NCBI RefSeq assembly: GCF_001194135.2 | Contig: NC_068996.1 | Span: forward strand, 33,453,244-33,492,639 | Direction: 5' to 3' | DNA: 39,396 nucleotides | Origin: Octopus bimaculoides | Lineage: Eukaryota | Shown: in pieces, positions 12,950-25,650 of the stretch | Numbering within the stretch: the stretch's first letter is position 1 | Layout of the letters: every line of letters begins with the position of its first letter | Made by a program: the position numbers and the translations under genes | The notes under the pieces: generated by a model | Told to the model about the DNA's origin: nothing | Seen by the model: only the letters and a program-made list of their open reading frames with translations | Database searches by the model: none

Positions 12950-13590
12950 CAATACTGATGTTGAAGAAGGTAAAATATTAGTATAAAAAGCAACTTTGCA
13001 TAAGCTACTAAATCTTATATGGCTGAACTTGAAAGTGACCGGAAGCATTTGCTAAAAGACATTGTGATATGTATGGATCAAAAAGGAGTCACTAAGATAC
13101 TTGGAAATGCAGTAGTGAAGTTGATGAAATTGGAAAGTTGGGTGATGAGAAAGATGTTTAGTAACTGGCTTGCTCATAAGGAGGAAAAAGTTTCTGAAAA
13201 TGAAGAAAAAGAGGTTAGTTGATTTTGTAAAAAGGGTTATGATTTATGGAAGCAACACATGGGTAATAAATGTGGTGCAACAGAGAAAGATAGCAAGAAT
13301 GGAAATGAGAATGGTTTGATGGATGAGTGGAGTATCATTGAATGGGAGGAAGACAAACAGTAAATTGTTATAAGATGATAAGGATAAAGCTAATCACAGA
13401 TGTCCTGAAGAGAAAAAGGATGAGATGGTTGTATTATATACAGAGGAAAGATGAAAGTGATTAGAAATGCATGTGAAAGGAAATAAATAAAGACATGGTC
13501 GAAGGTGGAGGAGGAAAGGTAAAGGGACTGTAGAAAATAGGGTAAAATAGAGATCAATGAGGATCCTTGAAGGCCAACTCATACCTCAAA
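12950..13590 (+). mobile_element. RTE-clade LINE 3' fragment, highly decayed
   Basis: IYGSNTW...MEMRMV*WMSGVSL..RKTN and RMRWLYYIQRKD resemble the RTE post-RT region. Confidence 0.7.
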
Positions 13591-14719
13591 AGGAAAATAG
13601 CTTTAAAACACTTTTGTATGTCTTGTAAGTAACACTACAATTACTGTGCAATTTAACACAATGTTATCAAAAAAGAGTTATATCTAAATAAAGGGAAGTC
13701 ATTTCAACATAAATGGTTAGTATCTGTATGTCTTTTATAATCACCAATACTTGAAATAAACTGTGTTACTATATACCTCTAAATTGAAATTCATTTCTCC
13801 TGTCCTTTGTTTTCTGTCATTGATTTATTTTTCATATAACTTATCTATTTTATATAGTAATGTATAGTCATATAGTTTATACAGTTATATATGCAGTTTT
13901 ACAAGAATTATGAATTATGCAAATTGTAATAAAGTTTGCCAACAGACACAATAAAAGGACTGACCAATGAGATAGCTTCTACAAAATTAAAATTGTTCAT
14001 TTTGGCAGCTAAATCTACTTCATATTTCTAAAATGGGAGCTTGCCTGACACTATAGTCTATATCAGACATGTCAAACTGCAGAATCTCTATGGGATACAC
14101 TGGTCACATACACACTGCCATGGAGGGTGTGTATTTTTAAACACATGTTTACAACAAAGATTTCTGCATTTGATGAAAACTGATGTTAGAATAATTTTGT
14201 ACAGATAAATTTTATTACAACCCTAAAAAAACTGTTACTGAACAATAACTACAAAAAAAGACAGCATATTTTACAATAAGTTCGCTCATAATTTAATTAA
14301 TCATTATTTTGCTATCCTGATGATTGGCATTGCTTTCTGGTAACTAATTTCATACATTTGTTTCAAGTGTCTGAGCAGTTCCAATTCTCATCAATGATAA
14401 CAGGTGTTTATCAGTCAGTGTGGTTCATTCAAAAAAGAGACAAACAGACAGAGATCACATTTCTAACCACCAAAACAAACTACACCCCAAAAAAGCAAAA
14501 CCAGAATATATAACTGGCATACTGTAAAAAACTGACTGTTGAAAACCACTAGAGCATAAAAGCCAAAACCATGTATGGCCAATGAATCATGAAACAAGAC
14601 TTTCTGCACAATGTAAGAGAGTTTTACAGAAAGTAAGTGATCAAACAAGTTTCATATCAAAATAAAAAGCACTTTGTATAACAAATATATATATCACTCA
14701 CCAACATTTAGCATACATA

Positions 14720-14890
14720 TTCTATGTTGGCAGGGGTTGGATAGTTTGACATGATAAAATCTGACAAGTCAGGGAACTGTGTTGAGTTCAATATCTGTTT
14801 TGGCATGTATTTTATGGCTGGATACCCCACCAAACACCAGGTGCTTTACTGAGAGTATTGGGTGCTTTTTCATGTCACTGGCACTAGCGA
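14720..14890 (-). mobile_element. SINE copy of the (GAT)n-tailed family, reverse orientation
   Basis: The reverse complement contains gtgccagtgacatgaaaaagcacc and gtcaaactatccaaccc, matching the 22845 and 29650 copies. Confidence 0.7.
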
Positions 14891-15302
14891 GATCACCAAA
14901 TAGCTAATAAGACAAAATCCCATGTTTGAGGAAAATGTAAATTGAGGGAAGTGACTTATACCAGACACTGAGAGGCAAGAATATGACAAGGATAGTAACA
15001 GGTGTTTTGCTGCAGAAGAAATACATAGCTACTCCAGCTGGAAAAGGAGTTATTTCCCTTCGTCAGCATCCGATAGCCACCGATCTGCGATGAGAGAGAT
15101 AAATTCTTGGCAACCTTATGTATCTTTTTCCAGTGAAATTATTCACTGATATCGAAAAAGTGAAAACAAGCAATGTTAATTCTCTAAATTAGGTATTAAC
15201 AGTAACTGCACGATAAAGTGAAGTATATTGCCACTTAAATGTGGCTGACTCCTAGGGGTGGATGTTACTGTTGCTTTTAGCCCCAGGAGGACATCTCCTC
15301 CA

Positions 15303-16301
15303 NNNNNNNNNNNNNNNNNNNNNNNNNNNNNNNNNNNNNNNNNNNNNNNNNNNNNNNNNNNNNNNNNNNNNNNNNNNNNNNNNNNNNNNNNNNNNNNNNN
15401 NNNNNNNNNNNNNNNNNNNNNNNNNNNNNNNNNNNNNNNNNNNNNNNNNNNNNNNNNNNNNNNNNNNNNNNNNNNNNNNNNNNNNNNNNNNNNNNNNNNN
15501 NNNNNNNNNNNNNNNNNNNNNNNNNNNNNNNNNNNNNNNNNNNNNNNNNNNNNNNNNNNNNNNNNNNNNNNNNNNNNNNNNNNNNNNNNNNNNNNNNNNN
15601 NNNNNNNNNNNNNNNNNNNNNNNNNNNNNNNNNNNNNNNNNNNNNNNNNNNNNNNNNNNNNNNNNNNNNNNNNNNNNNNNNNNNNNNNNNNNNNNNNNNN
15701 NNNNNNNNNNNNNNNNNNNNNNNNNNNNNNNNNNNNNNNNNNNNNNNNNNNNNNNNNNNNNNNNNNNNNNNNNNNNNNNNNNNNNNNNNNNNNNNNNNNN
15801 NNNNNNNNNNNNNNNNNNNNNNNNNNNNNNNNNNNNNNNNNNNNNNNNNNNNNNNNNNNNNNNNNNNNNNNNNNNNNNNNNNNNNNNNNNNNNNNNNNNN
15901 NNNNNNNNNNNNNNNNNNNNNNNNNNNNNNNNNNNNNNNNNNNNNNNNNNNNNNNNNNNNNNNNNNNNNNNNNNNNNNNNNNNNNNNNNNNNNNNNNNNN
16001 NNNNNNNNNNNNNNNNNNNNNNNNNNNNNNNNNNNNNNNNNNNNNNNNNNNNNNNNNNNNNNNNNNNNNNNNNNNNNNNNNNNNNNNNNNNNNNNNNNNN
16101 NNNNNNNNNNNNNNNNNNNNNNNNNNNNNNNNNNNNNNNNNNNNNNNNNNNNNNNNNNNNNNNNNNNNNNNNNNNNNNNNNNNNNNNNNNNNNNNNNNNN
16201 NNNNNNNNNNNNNNNNNNNNNNNNNNNNNNNNNNNNNNNNNNNNNNNNNNNNNNNNNNNNNNNNNNNNNNNNNNNNNNNNNNNNNNNNNNNNNNNNNNNN
16301 N
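15303..16301. other. Assembly gap (999 N)
   Basis: Run of N. Further gaps lie at 19279-19378, 26368-26377 and 30792-30943. Confidence 1.
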
Positions 16302-16419
16302 TATATTTGAAGAAAAGCAACAAAATGTGGTGTTCTCACTACATAAATAAATGAAGTTTGTACGAAACGTACGTACTGCTATAACCTAATACATTTTTGT
16401 TGCTTTTCTTCAAATTTTA

Positions 16420-16985
16420 TTCACTAAATCTCTTGATTTTGTTTTTGGTTTTTACCCTACCAAATACTGGTGCCTCAAACATTTTAAGTACCACACTTAA
16501 TCTTTTGATTAAAGTATATCTTGGGAACTGGACTTGCAAACCTCTTATCAGTGGTCCATAGATGTTCTCTTTCTTCTGCATTTTTCTGATAACATTGGTG
16601 TCCAGAGGGCAACTAATTTCCACAACAGAGCATATTTTTTCCTTGTGACCTCACAGAACAGTCTCTGGTTGATTGTATCTTAACCTGGTTGCTATTTTTA
16701 CTTTGAAGTTTCACCCATATTCTTTTGACCCATTAGTCTCAATATAGTCAATTTCTTCTGGAGGTGTTGTCTTTTTTGCTATTCTGTTCTAGACTGTTCT
16801 AGCCACTGCATCATGCCTCATAAGTAGATAATATCTGAAAGACATTCTCTCACAGTTGGCAATAATATGGTTGATGTCTCGGTTTTGCACAGCCTACATT
16901 TGTTGTTTGTCAATGTTTTCTTCCATTTATGCTGCAGGTACTTGTTCTTGAATGACATGCAGGTAGCTTTCAAAGTAGGATGTCA
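16420..16985 (-). mobile_element. RLE-type (R4/NeSL-like) non-LTR retrotransposon 3' fragment: CCHC knuckle plus restriction-like endonuclease
   Basis: Minus strand gives ESYLHVIQEQ, NKCRLCK..DINHIIANC.RMS.RYYLLMRHDAVA and EISCPLDTNVIRKMQKKENIYGPL. Confidence 0.8.
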
Positions 16986-16989
16986 TAAA

Positions 16990-17410
16990 CTTCATTTGTC
17001 ACTCTGTTTCGATAAGTGATTCTTAGGATCTTTCTGAGGCACTGCTGATGAAATATGTCAAGTTGGTGGGCGATTTTTGCTGTCATCTTCCAGGTCTTAG
17101 CTGCATAGATCACTATTGGCAGTATTGCCATTTTGTACAGATGAATCTTCAGCTCTACATTTATGTTATTGCTACACTAAAGTGTTGTCAGTTTTCTAAA
17201 TACTGCCGCTGCCTTGCCAATTCTGAAGCTTACACCTGTCTCTGCATCTATGCTTCCCAGATATGTGAAGCTTGTAACTTCAACTGGTTTTTGTCTAACT
17301 TTCACTGGTACACTTTCTACTTGTTTCCCAACTTGCATTACCTTTGCTTTTTGACCAGTGATTCTCAATCCAGACTTTGCTGCTTCCCTTTCCATTTTTG
17401 TTGTCAACTA
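16990..17410 (-). mobile_element. RTE-clade LINE fragment (RT C-terminus and thumb)
   Basis: SGLRITGQKAKVM...SFTYLGSI...RIGKAAAVF...IYAAKTW...QCLRKILRITYRNRVTNEV. Confidence 0.85.
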
Positions 17411-17849
17411 AGGAATAAAATCTATTTAAAATGTTTTAGATATTTTAGTCCTAAAGAAAATTTAAATCTAGATATATAACAATCATCTTTCGAATTTTAG
17501 ATATTGTGATAAGAGACATTCAACAACCCTTTTGGCTTTAATCTGGAAACTTAAAGACAACGGGACCAGTTTCAACATCAAATGTTCAGTGTATTCTTTT
17601 GAAAATCTGTATCTATCAAAAAACTTGAAAACCTCCAAAGAATACAAAAATTTGGGGAATGAGATTTTTTCCACTACACTGTTTTTTGTATCAATCATTT
17701 AGAATATATTCAACATAAACCGAGGAATTCCTAATGTAGATCCAATGACCAAGTTCCATTTACCATGAATGATGTCTGGTAACCATAAATGGTGGACATG
17801 CTCTGCCAGCACACTACTAGGGGCATAACCAAGATAAGATTTGGATTTA

Positions 17850-18619
17850 CCAAAATTGCATGAAAGTATCTTGAAATACTAAAGAGTAAATTTATCCAAT
17901 AAAATCGTTTTTGGCTTCCACCATGGCCTCCAGACAACTTTGGAATCTCCTGCAACATTCCAGAAAGTCTCCTTGTTTAAGTTGGTGAATGGTGCCATAA
18001 TTCTTGCCTTCAGCTCAACTGCACCCCACACATAATAGTTAAGAGGGTTGCAGTCTGGGGAGTTAGGTGGCCAGATCTTAGGGATGGTGTGGTCACAGGG
18101 ATTGTCTGACAGCCCTGACTGGGTTCTTCTGCTTGTGTGGCATGGTACAGAGTCCTGTTGCCAGACACAGGGTCTTCCAGAAGCCACCCTCTTGACCCAG
18201 AGCAGCACTACCTCCTCCAGGTACTTAATGTAGGCCTCTCCGTGTTGAGTCTGAGGTTGTGTCGGAAGATGCATGGAAGCATAATGTCACCATCATTAGT
18301 GATCACTCGGAACACCATAATGTTGATTAGGTATTTGATTTTTATCACTCTCAGTACATGTCTTCAGATTGCACTGTCCTCGGATTTACATTCAAACATT
18401 CTGAAATGTTTGTATTGGAGCTTCTGGTGCGAATGCCAAGCAATACAACATGCCGTTTCCAAGTTTCTGGCAGAGTGAATTGTGTTATGGTGCTAACTTT
18501 CTCACAGATGGTGCCCAACTGACCCTACTATACTGTGTAGTCAACAAAATCGAAAACAAACAATGCACATGTATGACATCAAAAATATAAAATGGTGACA
18601 ATTTATCCATCGCACCCTG
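17850..18619 (-). mobile_element. maT/DD37D-type Tc1-mariner superfamily transposon, internally deleted
   Basis: ORF 17879-18274 reads WQQDSVPCHTSRRTQ...WPPNSPDCNPLNYYVWGAVE, with 37 residues between the second D and the third catalytic position (here N). One end is ta|cagggtgcgatggataaattg at 18619-18621; the other TIR is not evident. Confidence 0.85.
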
Positions 18620-18659
18620 TATATATAGTCTTCTACTATATTGTAAGGCCAATGACTAG

Positions 18660-18850
18660 ATTTGAGAGAGACAGTTAGAGACAGACAGACAGAGAAAGAG
18701 AAGAGAGAGAAAAGAAAGAGCAAGAGAGAAGAGGAAGAGAGAGAGAGTGTTTGTTTTACTGTCTCCTTGCCTTGACATTGAGCAATGTTAGTAAGCAAGT
18801 GTCACTGTCATGCAAGAGGTATTCTTCATATGTCATCCATATAATGTGTG

Positions 18851-18904
<54 letters not shown>

Positions 18905-18940
18905 AGTGTGTGTATGTGTGTGTACACACAAACACACACA
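18660..18940. repeat. (GA)-rich and (TG)n microsatellites
   Basis: Directly visible. Confidence 0.9.
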
Positions 18941-19232
18941 TTATGTAGCCAATATTTTCATACAAGACCTTACAACTGAATCTGATTCTTCAGATGCTTC
19001 AATTCTGTGTATACACATATATTTACTTGATTGCTGACATCTATCAATGGTTTCTCTTATTGTTTTGATAATGCCATTTTCTACCATTAATAAAACTGTT
19101 GGCATTTTTGATGACACAAGTATGGTAGTATAATAATGATTCACAATCCAAATTATTCAAACTTTGTCGTAAATCATACAAGTAAATAAAAAGGAGGTAA
19201 ATTCTAAAAAAAAATATTCATAAATCAAATTA

Positions 19233-19266
<34 letters not shown>

Positions 19267-19378
19267 ATCATAAATATANNNNNNNNNNNNNNNNNNNNNN
19301 NNNNNNNNNNNNNNNNNNNNNNNNNNNNNNNNNNNNNNNNNNNNNNNNNNNNNNNNNNNNNNNNNNNNNNNNNNNNNN

Positions 19379-19422
19379 AGCATGGAAAGCGGACGTTAAA
19401 CGATGATGATGATGATGATGAT
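19379..19422 (+). mobile_element. SINE 3' tail emerging from an assembly gap
   Basis: agcatggaaagcggacgttaaacgat(gat)n, nearly identical to 23006-23043. Confidence 0.85.
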
Positions 19423-19849
19423 TCAGGTATAAATTCCTTTCTTTCCCCTGCTATCTGAACTGTTAGAAGGATTATTTCTTTTGGAAAAAGAAATATTTGA
19501 TTCATTACCACACCTGTGGTTTTCATGACTGCTGTATATCTTCTTACATTTTTCTATGTCTTCTTTTGAAAATATTTTGAATTCAATCTTGCTGCTTGGC
19601 AACATGAAATGTGTGTCCATTTTTTGTCTATAGTGAAATATTTCAGAAAGTTGAAAATAGTAGAAAAAATTGGGAAAGAAAATCTCAAAAAATTCACAAA
19701 ACAGATACCATATACAGTAATGTTGGATAGTGTATTTCAATTGTTTACAAACTGAAACCACATGTTTTCACAAATGTACTAATGAGATTTGTGCTTAAAT
19801 TCTCATTAAAATATAAATAGGTTATTATGGCCAATTTTGACTAGTTTAG

Positions 19850-20900
19850 TAATTTTAACCAAAATTTTTCTCAGGCAATTTTCGGCAGGCTGGTAACAAA
19901 AGGGTTATAGACAGAGTTCCATATTTTTGTCATGATTTTTTAGATAAGCCATAACTAACTTAAAAGAAGGGGTTGTTTTCATCCCCATCACGGTCCTAGA
20001 TTTTTGTTGAAAAAGTTGTCACTAAACATGAAATACTTACTACTTAGAATGAATTTTAGCCCTTGAATGATTAATTCTTTTTCTAAGAATTTAGTAGTTT
20101 AACTGTATAATTTTCAACCAAAATTTAATGGCCTCAATTCCTAAATTGTGAAAGATATTTGAGTAGAAATTCACTACATTGAAAGAGACTATCAAAGTTT
20201 TTTCTTTGACTGTTTTGGTGAGATAGCTGAGCATATCTAGGTCATCTTTTATGCCAGAGAAATGACTTGAACAGAATATTTAAAATAAATTACTCAATGA
20301 GTTTCACAGGCAGGGCCAAGTATTATTGGTTTTAATTTCAGACAATGTGGTGAAGGGACATTGATGTGTATGTCTGTGGTTCTTTTGCATGTTTCACTTA
20401 TTTTTTTACTTTTGTGAACTTTTGCCACAGAAGAGGCTAGATCTACATATAAAGTTGGTGATATAGTTGTGATCTTTGTTGGTAAGTCCTTTCTGGTATA
20501 AATTTATTAATATTCTAAGGTTACACATTACTTTTTGTTGACTGTAGTTTTGGGCCTTTTCATAGAATATACGGTCTTGTAACATTGATAGATAACACAA
20601 TATTTTTGTAATATTCTATATCCATTAGGACTACTGCATTTTCTTTAACAGTCTCTTTAACTGGCAATTCTTTAACATTTTTAATTCATGTTGTTTCAGT
20701 CACTCTTGAAGAAGTTTTAATTTAGGTTTTGCTTGTAAGTGTATTGATATGGATAAATTAGAATGTATTTACAGAAATCAAGGATTTTCTTTCTACCTGT
20801 TGGTGAATATAGTTGTTTTTTACAATTGATTCATCATCATTTTTCTCGCTGTTGATTTCTTTTTGTGAGTTATTTTCTGAAATGTTCTCTCATTTCCTTG
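19850..20900 (-). mobile_element. Penelope-like retroelement remnant, RT region (part downstream of the mariner insertion)
   Basis: Minus strand gives ENAVVLMDIEYYKNIVLSMLQD..FYEK, YITNFICRSSLF, SFNVVNFYSNIFHNLGIEAIKFW and GTVMGMK. These match the PLE RT motifs (DKG..VV.MD, DV..LY.NIPH..G, GTAMG). Confidence 0.8.
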
Positions 20901-20902
20901 TA

Positions 20903-22077
20903 CAAGGGTGGGCTGAATACTTCATAGGCTTACTATGAACGAGTGATGCTCAAGCTGTGAGATCTTGTATGCATTAATTTCAGCTCTTCTTGTTAATAAC
21001 CACATTGTTTCTTTCCAGGTAAATTGAAAACTTCAAAAGTAATTAGTGATTTCTCTTGAAAATTGACAAAATTTGATGTTGTGGTGTTATCACAGACCTG
21101 CAGAAAAAGAGTTTAGCCCCACCCCCACACATTCATGCCATGCAGACATCATTGCTACATTAGAGGATGATGCTCCAGCTTTATCAACAGTGCAAAAGTA
21201 GGAAGTTGAATTTAGGAGAGGAAGGGAGAGTATTGAAGATGACTCAAAGTCTGCACACCTTGCAACTGCCACAGGAAAACATTGATCATGTTCATCATAT
21301 GATGATGGATGACAAGCGACTGACAATAAATCAAATAGCCAATGCTATTAGTATATGTTGTGAGAGAATTGAGAATATTCTGGACAATGAACTTGGCATG
21401 ATGAAGGCTTCTACTCAGTGGATGCTATGTCTTCTGACACCTGATAACCTGACAGTGTTTCAGGCAGATCCAGCTGGTTTTCTTGAACATTTCCTAACCC
21501 AGGATGAGTGTTGGCTTCATCAGTTTGAGCCAGAGACAAAGAGACAAGCTATGCAGTGGAAACACTCCTTGTCACCTGTTCCAAAGAAAGCTAAGGTCAT
21601 TTCATTTGCAGGGAAAGTGATGGCCTTGTGTTTATTGATTTATCTTCAATGGAGAGTACAATGCCAACTTTCTGAGGCAGTTATGAAAGGTTATCAAGAC
21701 CAAACGCCCAGGAAAACTGACAAAAGGGGCCTTATTTCATCAGGACAATGCTCCAGTACATGAGTTCTTTATTTCAAGGGCTGCTGTGCATGACTATGGC
21801 TTTGAACTGGTTGATCACCATCCTTATTCTCCCGATTTGGCTCCACCTGACTATCATCTATTCCCCAACATGAAAAAACACTTGGCTGGGAACCAGTATC
21901 ATAGTGATAATAACATCATATCTGCTGTTGGTAAATTTTTTGATTAACCGGATGAAAGCCCCTTCACCAATGGAATCCAAGCACTGCAACACTGATGGAA
22001 GAAGTGCGTGGACTGCAAGAGGGACTATGTTGAAAACTTTGGTCACATTCCATGAGAGTATTTTGGTCAGACTATTG
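20903..22077 (+). mobile_element. Mariner (DD34D) transposon, decayed copy 2, nested in the PLE
   Basis: Begins ta|caagggtgggctgaatac. Contains TQDECWLHQFEPETKRQ and QDNAPVH...HPYSPDLAPPDYHLFPNM with 34 residues between D2 and D3. The right TIR is partly deleted; flanks are TA / TG. Confidence 0.93.
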
Positions 22078-22079
22078 TG

Positions 22080-23250
22080 ATTTAGTCTTTTAAGGGTTGA
22101 TGTAAATTTGAGTCCTTTAGAGAGTACTTTAATTTGCTGAGATGTTAAATTTTTCTTTGGTAGATTTATGATTTTTTTAACTTTTGACTTCTGTTTGCTT
22201 GGTACCACCAAATATCTCTGTTTCTGTGGACAGGTTCTACTTGTTATTTATTAGTATATTTCTTATTGCTGTAATTTGCAGAGTGGATGTTTTTTTCAAA
22301 TTTTATTTCGTTGGAATGTTTCAGGAAGATTTCAATACTCATATTTCATTGTGGAGAGGTAACCCTGTCTCTGTCTTGAAGATAATTTTTAAAGTTTGAG
22401 GTTAGACTTTTATCATATTCTTTAGATCTATACTCATTGAGTTGTCTTGTTGGTTGTATAATCACTTTATACATTATTTTGCTTTTCATTTCTTTAGAAA
22501 TTAGTTGTCAGAAATGTACTTCCTTTTAAATGTAGTTTGATATTTTTCAAACCAGTTAGTGTTTTTTTCCCCCTCAACATTGGAGAGATTTCAATCTTCA
22601 TTCCACAATTTTGAAATATTTTTCAGGTTCAGATCCTCCACTTTTTTTTACTGAATTCTATGTGTATTTCTTGATCAATGGATTTAAATATTTTCTCATT
22701 AGTTTGAGCTCAAATTTTAGTAATTTGATTTCCATCTTGTTTGTTTAGTGCCATTTTTTATTCCCAATCATCTTCATGCTTCTGGTTCTTCAGGGATGTG
22801 TTTTATCTGAAACTTGCAAAGTTGAATTATTGCTTTATTAACTACCGCCTGACTGGCCTTCGTGCGGGTGACACGTAAAAGCACACACTACACTCTCTGA
22901 GTGTTTGGAAGGGCATCCAGCTGTAGAAACTCTGCCAAATTAGATTGGAGCCTGGTGTTGCCATCCGGTTTCACCAGTCCTCAGTCAAATCGTCCAACCC
23001 ATGCTAGCATGGAAAGTGGACGTTAAACGATGATGATGATGATTATTGTTTTGAATCATTTTCTAAAAAAGCAAATTTTCTATTGGTAAGGAACTTTTTC
23101 TATTGGAATACCATGTTGTTTTCCATTAGGTGTATGTTGTTAGTATAGTATATTTGAATTGTGGTCTTCATGGTTTTGTAATCCTTGCTGTGATTTATTT
23201 GAAAACAAAAATGGTTTTAGATAATTTTATTAGATTTTCATTGATTTGGC
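22080..23250 (-). mobile_element. Penelope-like retroelement remnant, N-terminal part (upstream of the mariner insertion)
   Basis: KIINLPKKNLTSQQIKVLSKGLKFTST matches the PLE motif INLS...LT..Q..VLSKGL.F.PT. It joins in frame with the sequence left of 20900 when the mariner is removed. The outer boundary is approximate. Confidence 0.7.
22845..23043 (+). mobile_element. SINE with (GAT)n tail, inserted in the PLE remnant
   Basis: ccgcctgactgg...cacgtaaaagcac...ggaagggcatccagctgtagaaac...cccatgctagcatggaaagtggacgttaaacgatgatgat. Confidence 0.9.
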
Positions 23251-23259
23251 AGGGAGAAC

Positions 23260-24500
23260 TGAAATAACCCATCTAATGGAAGACAAACAGAATATCAAAT
23301 GTGATGTAGCAGGGCTCTATGAAACACACTGAAGGAAAGAAATATATGTGAGCTGCACAGATGTGTTATGAGACTGGGAAAAGTAGAAGGTGTGAGAGCA
23401 ACAGCTGGTACAGGGTTCTTTGTAAGCAATGAATGGGCTTTGAAAATTGTTTTTTACCAATTGCTTTCATCACACAGAGGAGTACTAAACATGTTTCTCA
23501 AGCAATGCCACCCTGAAGATCATCCAGATCCATGCTTCCATGCATTTAAGTGAAGATGACAAAGTGAAAGAATTCTACAAAGAGCTAGAGAAAGCACTAG
23601 CTCACAAATCTGCTTACACCATAGTGATCAACACAAAGATTGGAAAAGAATGACAGAGAAATATGTTGGTAAATTTAGACCAGGAAAGGGAAACAAAAGA
23701 GAATGTTTGGTTACCATGGCAGAAACAAGAAGACTTTATATTGGGAACAGCTGATACAGGAAGTGACCTGGAATACCCCAAATGCTCAACACGAAAAGGA
23801 AATTAAGTACATACCGATTGATAAAGGCACATATTGCAGGATATCTCAATGGTAGTGCCAATCAATACAGGTGGTGATCATTGCTTGCTATAAGCAAAAA
23901 TCATGATAATAAATTCAGAGAAAAAGGCTCTGCATATCTCAATGAAAAATTCATGTGTCAAGACCTTTGATGTGAAACAGTTATAGGAAGCTATCAGGAA
24001 GGAAATTTGGAGTCAACTTAAAGAGCTTGATGAAGACTAAATTTGCTGGTTCAAGAAATTAAAAGTTGCATATGGAAAGCAAAAGCTCAGAAGAGAGAAA
24101 AAAAAATGCTAGAGAAATGGAAAATGATGAAGAAGAACATGAAAGATCACCTCAAGTATTACATTCCCAGCGAAGTGATCAGACGTCTAAAAAATGACTC
24201 CGACAATTATAGACCAAAGAATTTGATGCAGACTGCAGAAAAAGGAAAAGTTTAAAAAGATGCAGGAGAGGGCTGACACTCTATAGGTCAGACGTTACAG
24301 AACTTAAGAACAAGGATGGGCTCACAGTGACCAAGGGAAAATGGAAGAGGTATGAAAAACCTTATACACCATCAATGAAGCTCGATCCCACACTGCCACA
24401 AATGCTGGGAGAAGTGCCACCTATTCTGATCAGTAAAATTGAAAATACTGATGAAACAAAGTGGTTAGATCAGTTAAGAGTGCAGATGCTTCTCCCCAAA
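23260..24500 (+). mobile_element. RTE-like LINE 5' part: AP endonuclease and linker, decayed
   Basis: GKVEGVRATAGTGFFV, S-EDDKVKEFYKELEKALAHKSAYTIV, TW..PNAQHE..IKY, GGDHCLL and EVPPILISKIE. Confidence 0.8.
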
Positions 24501-24509
24501 CTTATATAG

Positions 24510-25650
24510 TAGTGAAACTCTCCTGATTATTTTAGAAAAACTGCCAAATAGGTTATTGGTATAAAAAACTCACATTTTTCAAGCCAGCCCTTTTGAACTT
24601 GTTCAAAAGCACAATGAATACCAAAATTTATGGGCTAGACTGGTTGGCAGTCACATGTACAATACTAGTAGCTAAAAACCATCAGATGCAAGTAACCAAA
24701 AACTACAGGCCTATAATGTGCCTGAATGTGATATCTAACTTTTACAAGGATGCTTGAAATGCATTCCTCCATGATCACTGTGAAACAAAATATATGTCTG
24801 AAGAGCAGACAGGAGAAAGAAAGAAGTTTGGGGCTGTACTGAACAACTACTTATCACCAAAACAGTCCTTAAGGAAGTGAAATTACATAATCAAAACCTA
24901 CTGACATATCAATGGCCTGTCTATCTCCCCTATCATCAGTGGCAAAGGTTAAAAATACCTCAGAATCTACAAGAATTTTGCATATGTGAGTAAAGCTAGG
25001 AGTAAAGCTAAAGTGATAAAAGAATTCTTCAGCAGACTTCAGAATATATGGAAGTTAGAGCTGCCTGCATCTAATTAAACCATATTCTACAATGCTTTTG
25101 TAATGACAGTGCTGGCATCAATATTTAGGATATAAGACTGGAAGCTTGAAGAAATCTGCAACTGAAACATCATGGTTAAGAAGAAACTAACAATGAATGG
25201 TAACTTCCTCATCAAAAATGACACTGACATGTTAAATGATGGAATGGAGATAGAAACATAAGATCAGTTCAGTTGGCTTTGAGTGCTGCATTGTGTCATT
25301 ACTGAACAGCAAAGAAAGAAATGAGTACTTCACATGTATGTTCAACAGTAATAACACCATGAGAGATGAGGTAAAGAACCCCCGAACAAGTACTCTGATT
25401 ATACATCTGTTCCATGTGAGCTAAGGGTGACTCTGCTGACCTACTTGAGCAGACACGGGAGAGAAATACTTATCATATCAGCAAAAAGTTAAGCATGCTG
25501 CAAGATAGACAATTCCAGTAACATTGACAGGAACTGTAGCCTCACCTGGACCTATGAAAAGTAATCACACCTCACCAAGAAGACTATGAACTATCATACC
25601 AGTGTGGAAGATATTACTTATATGTAGCTGTTCAAAAATGTTCACAAGAC
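24510..25650 (+). mobile_element. RLE-type (R4/NeSL-like) LINE RT fragment, decayed
   Basis: YWYKKL, KNYRPIMCLNV, FLHDHC, WGCTEQLLI and RLQNIWKLELPASN..FYNAF...KLTMNGNF. Confidence 0.75.

Noticed and set aside
14553-14640. Strong plus-strand donor AAA|GTAAGT with an open upstream frame
   Set aside because: The acceptor is weak and the phase is incompatible with the 12626-12726 candidate.
15176-16350. Long ORFs of 348-387 aa (also those at 19230 and 30756-31058)
   Set aside because: They are artefacts of reading through N gaps.
16305-16415. 21-bp perfect inverted repeat enclosing tgaagtttgtacgaaacgtacgtac, which resembles the 3' half of a minimal hammerhead
   Set aside because: The CUGANGA core is absent (taaatga), stem I is not supported, and the structure abuts a 999-N gap, so an assembly artefact is plausible.
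19423-19761. 112-aa minus-strand ORF next to the PLE remnant
   Set aside because: No recognisable motif, so it cannot be assigned to the PLE or to a host gene.
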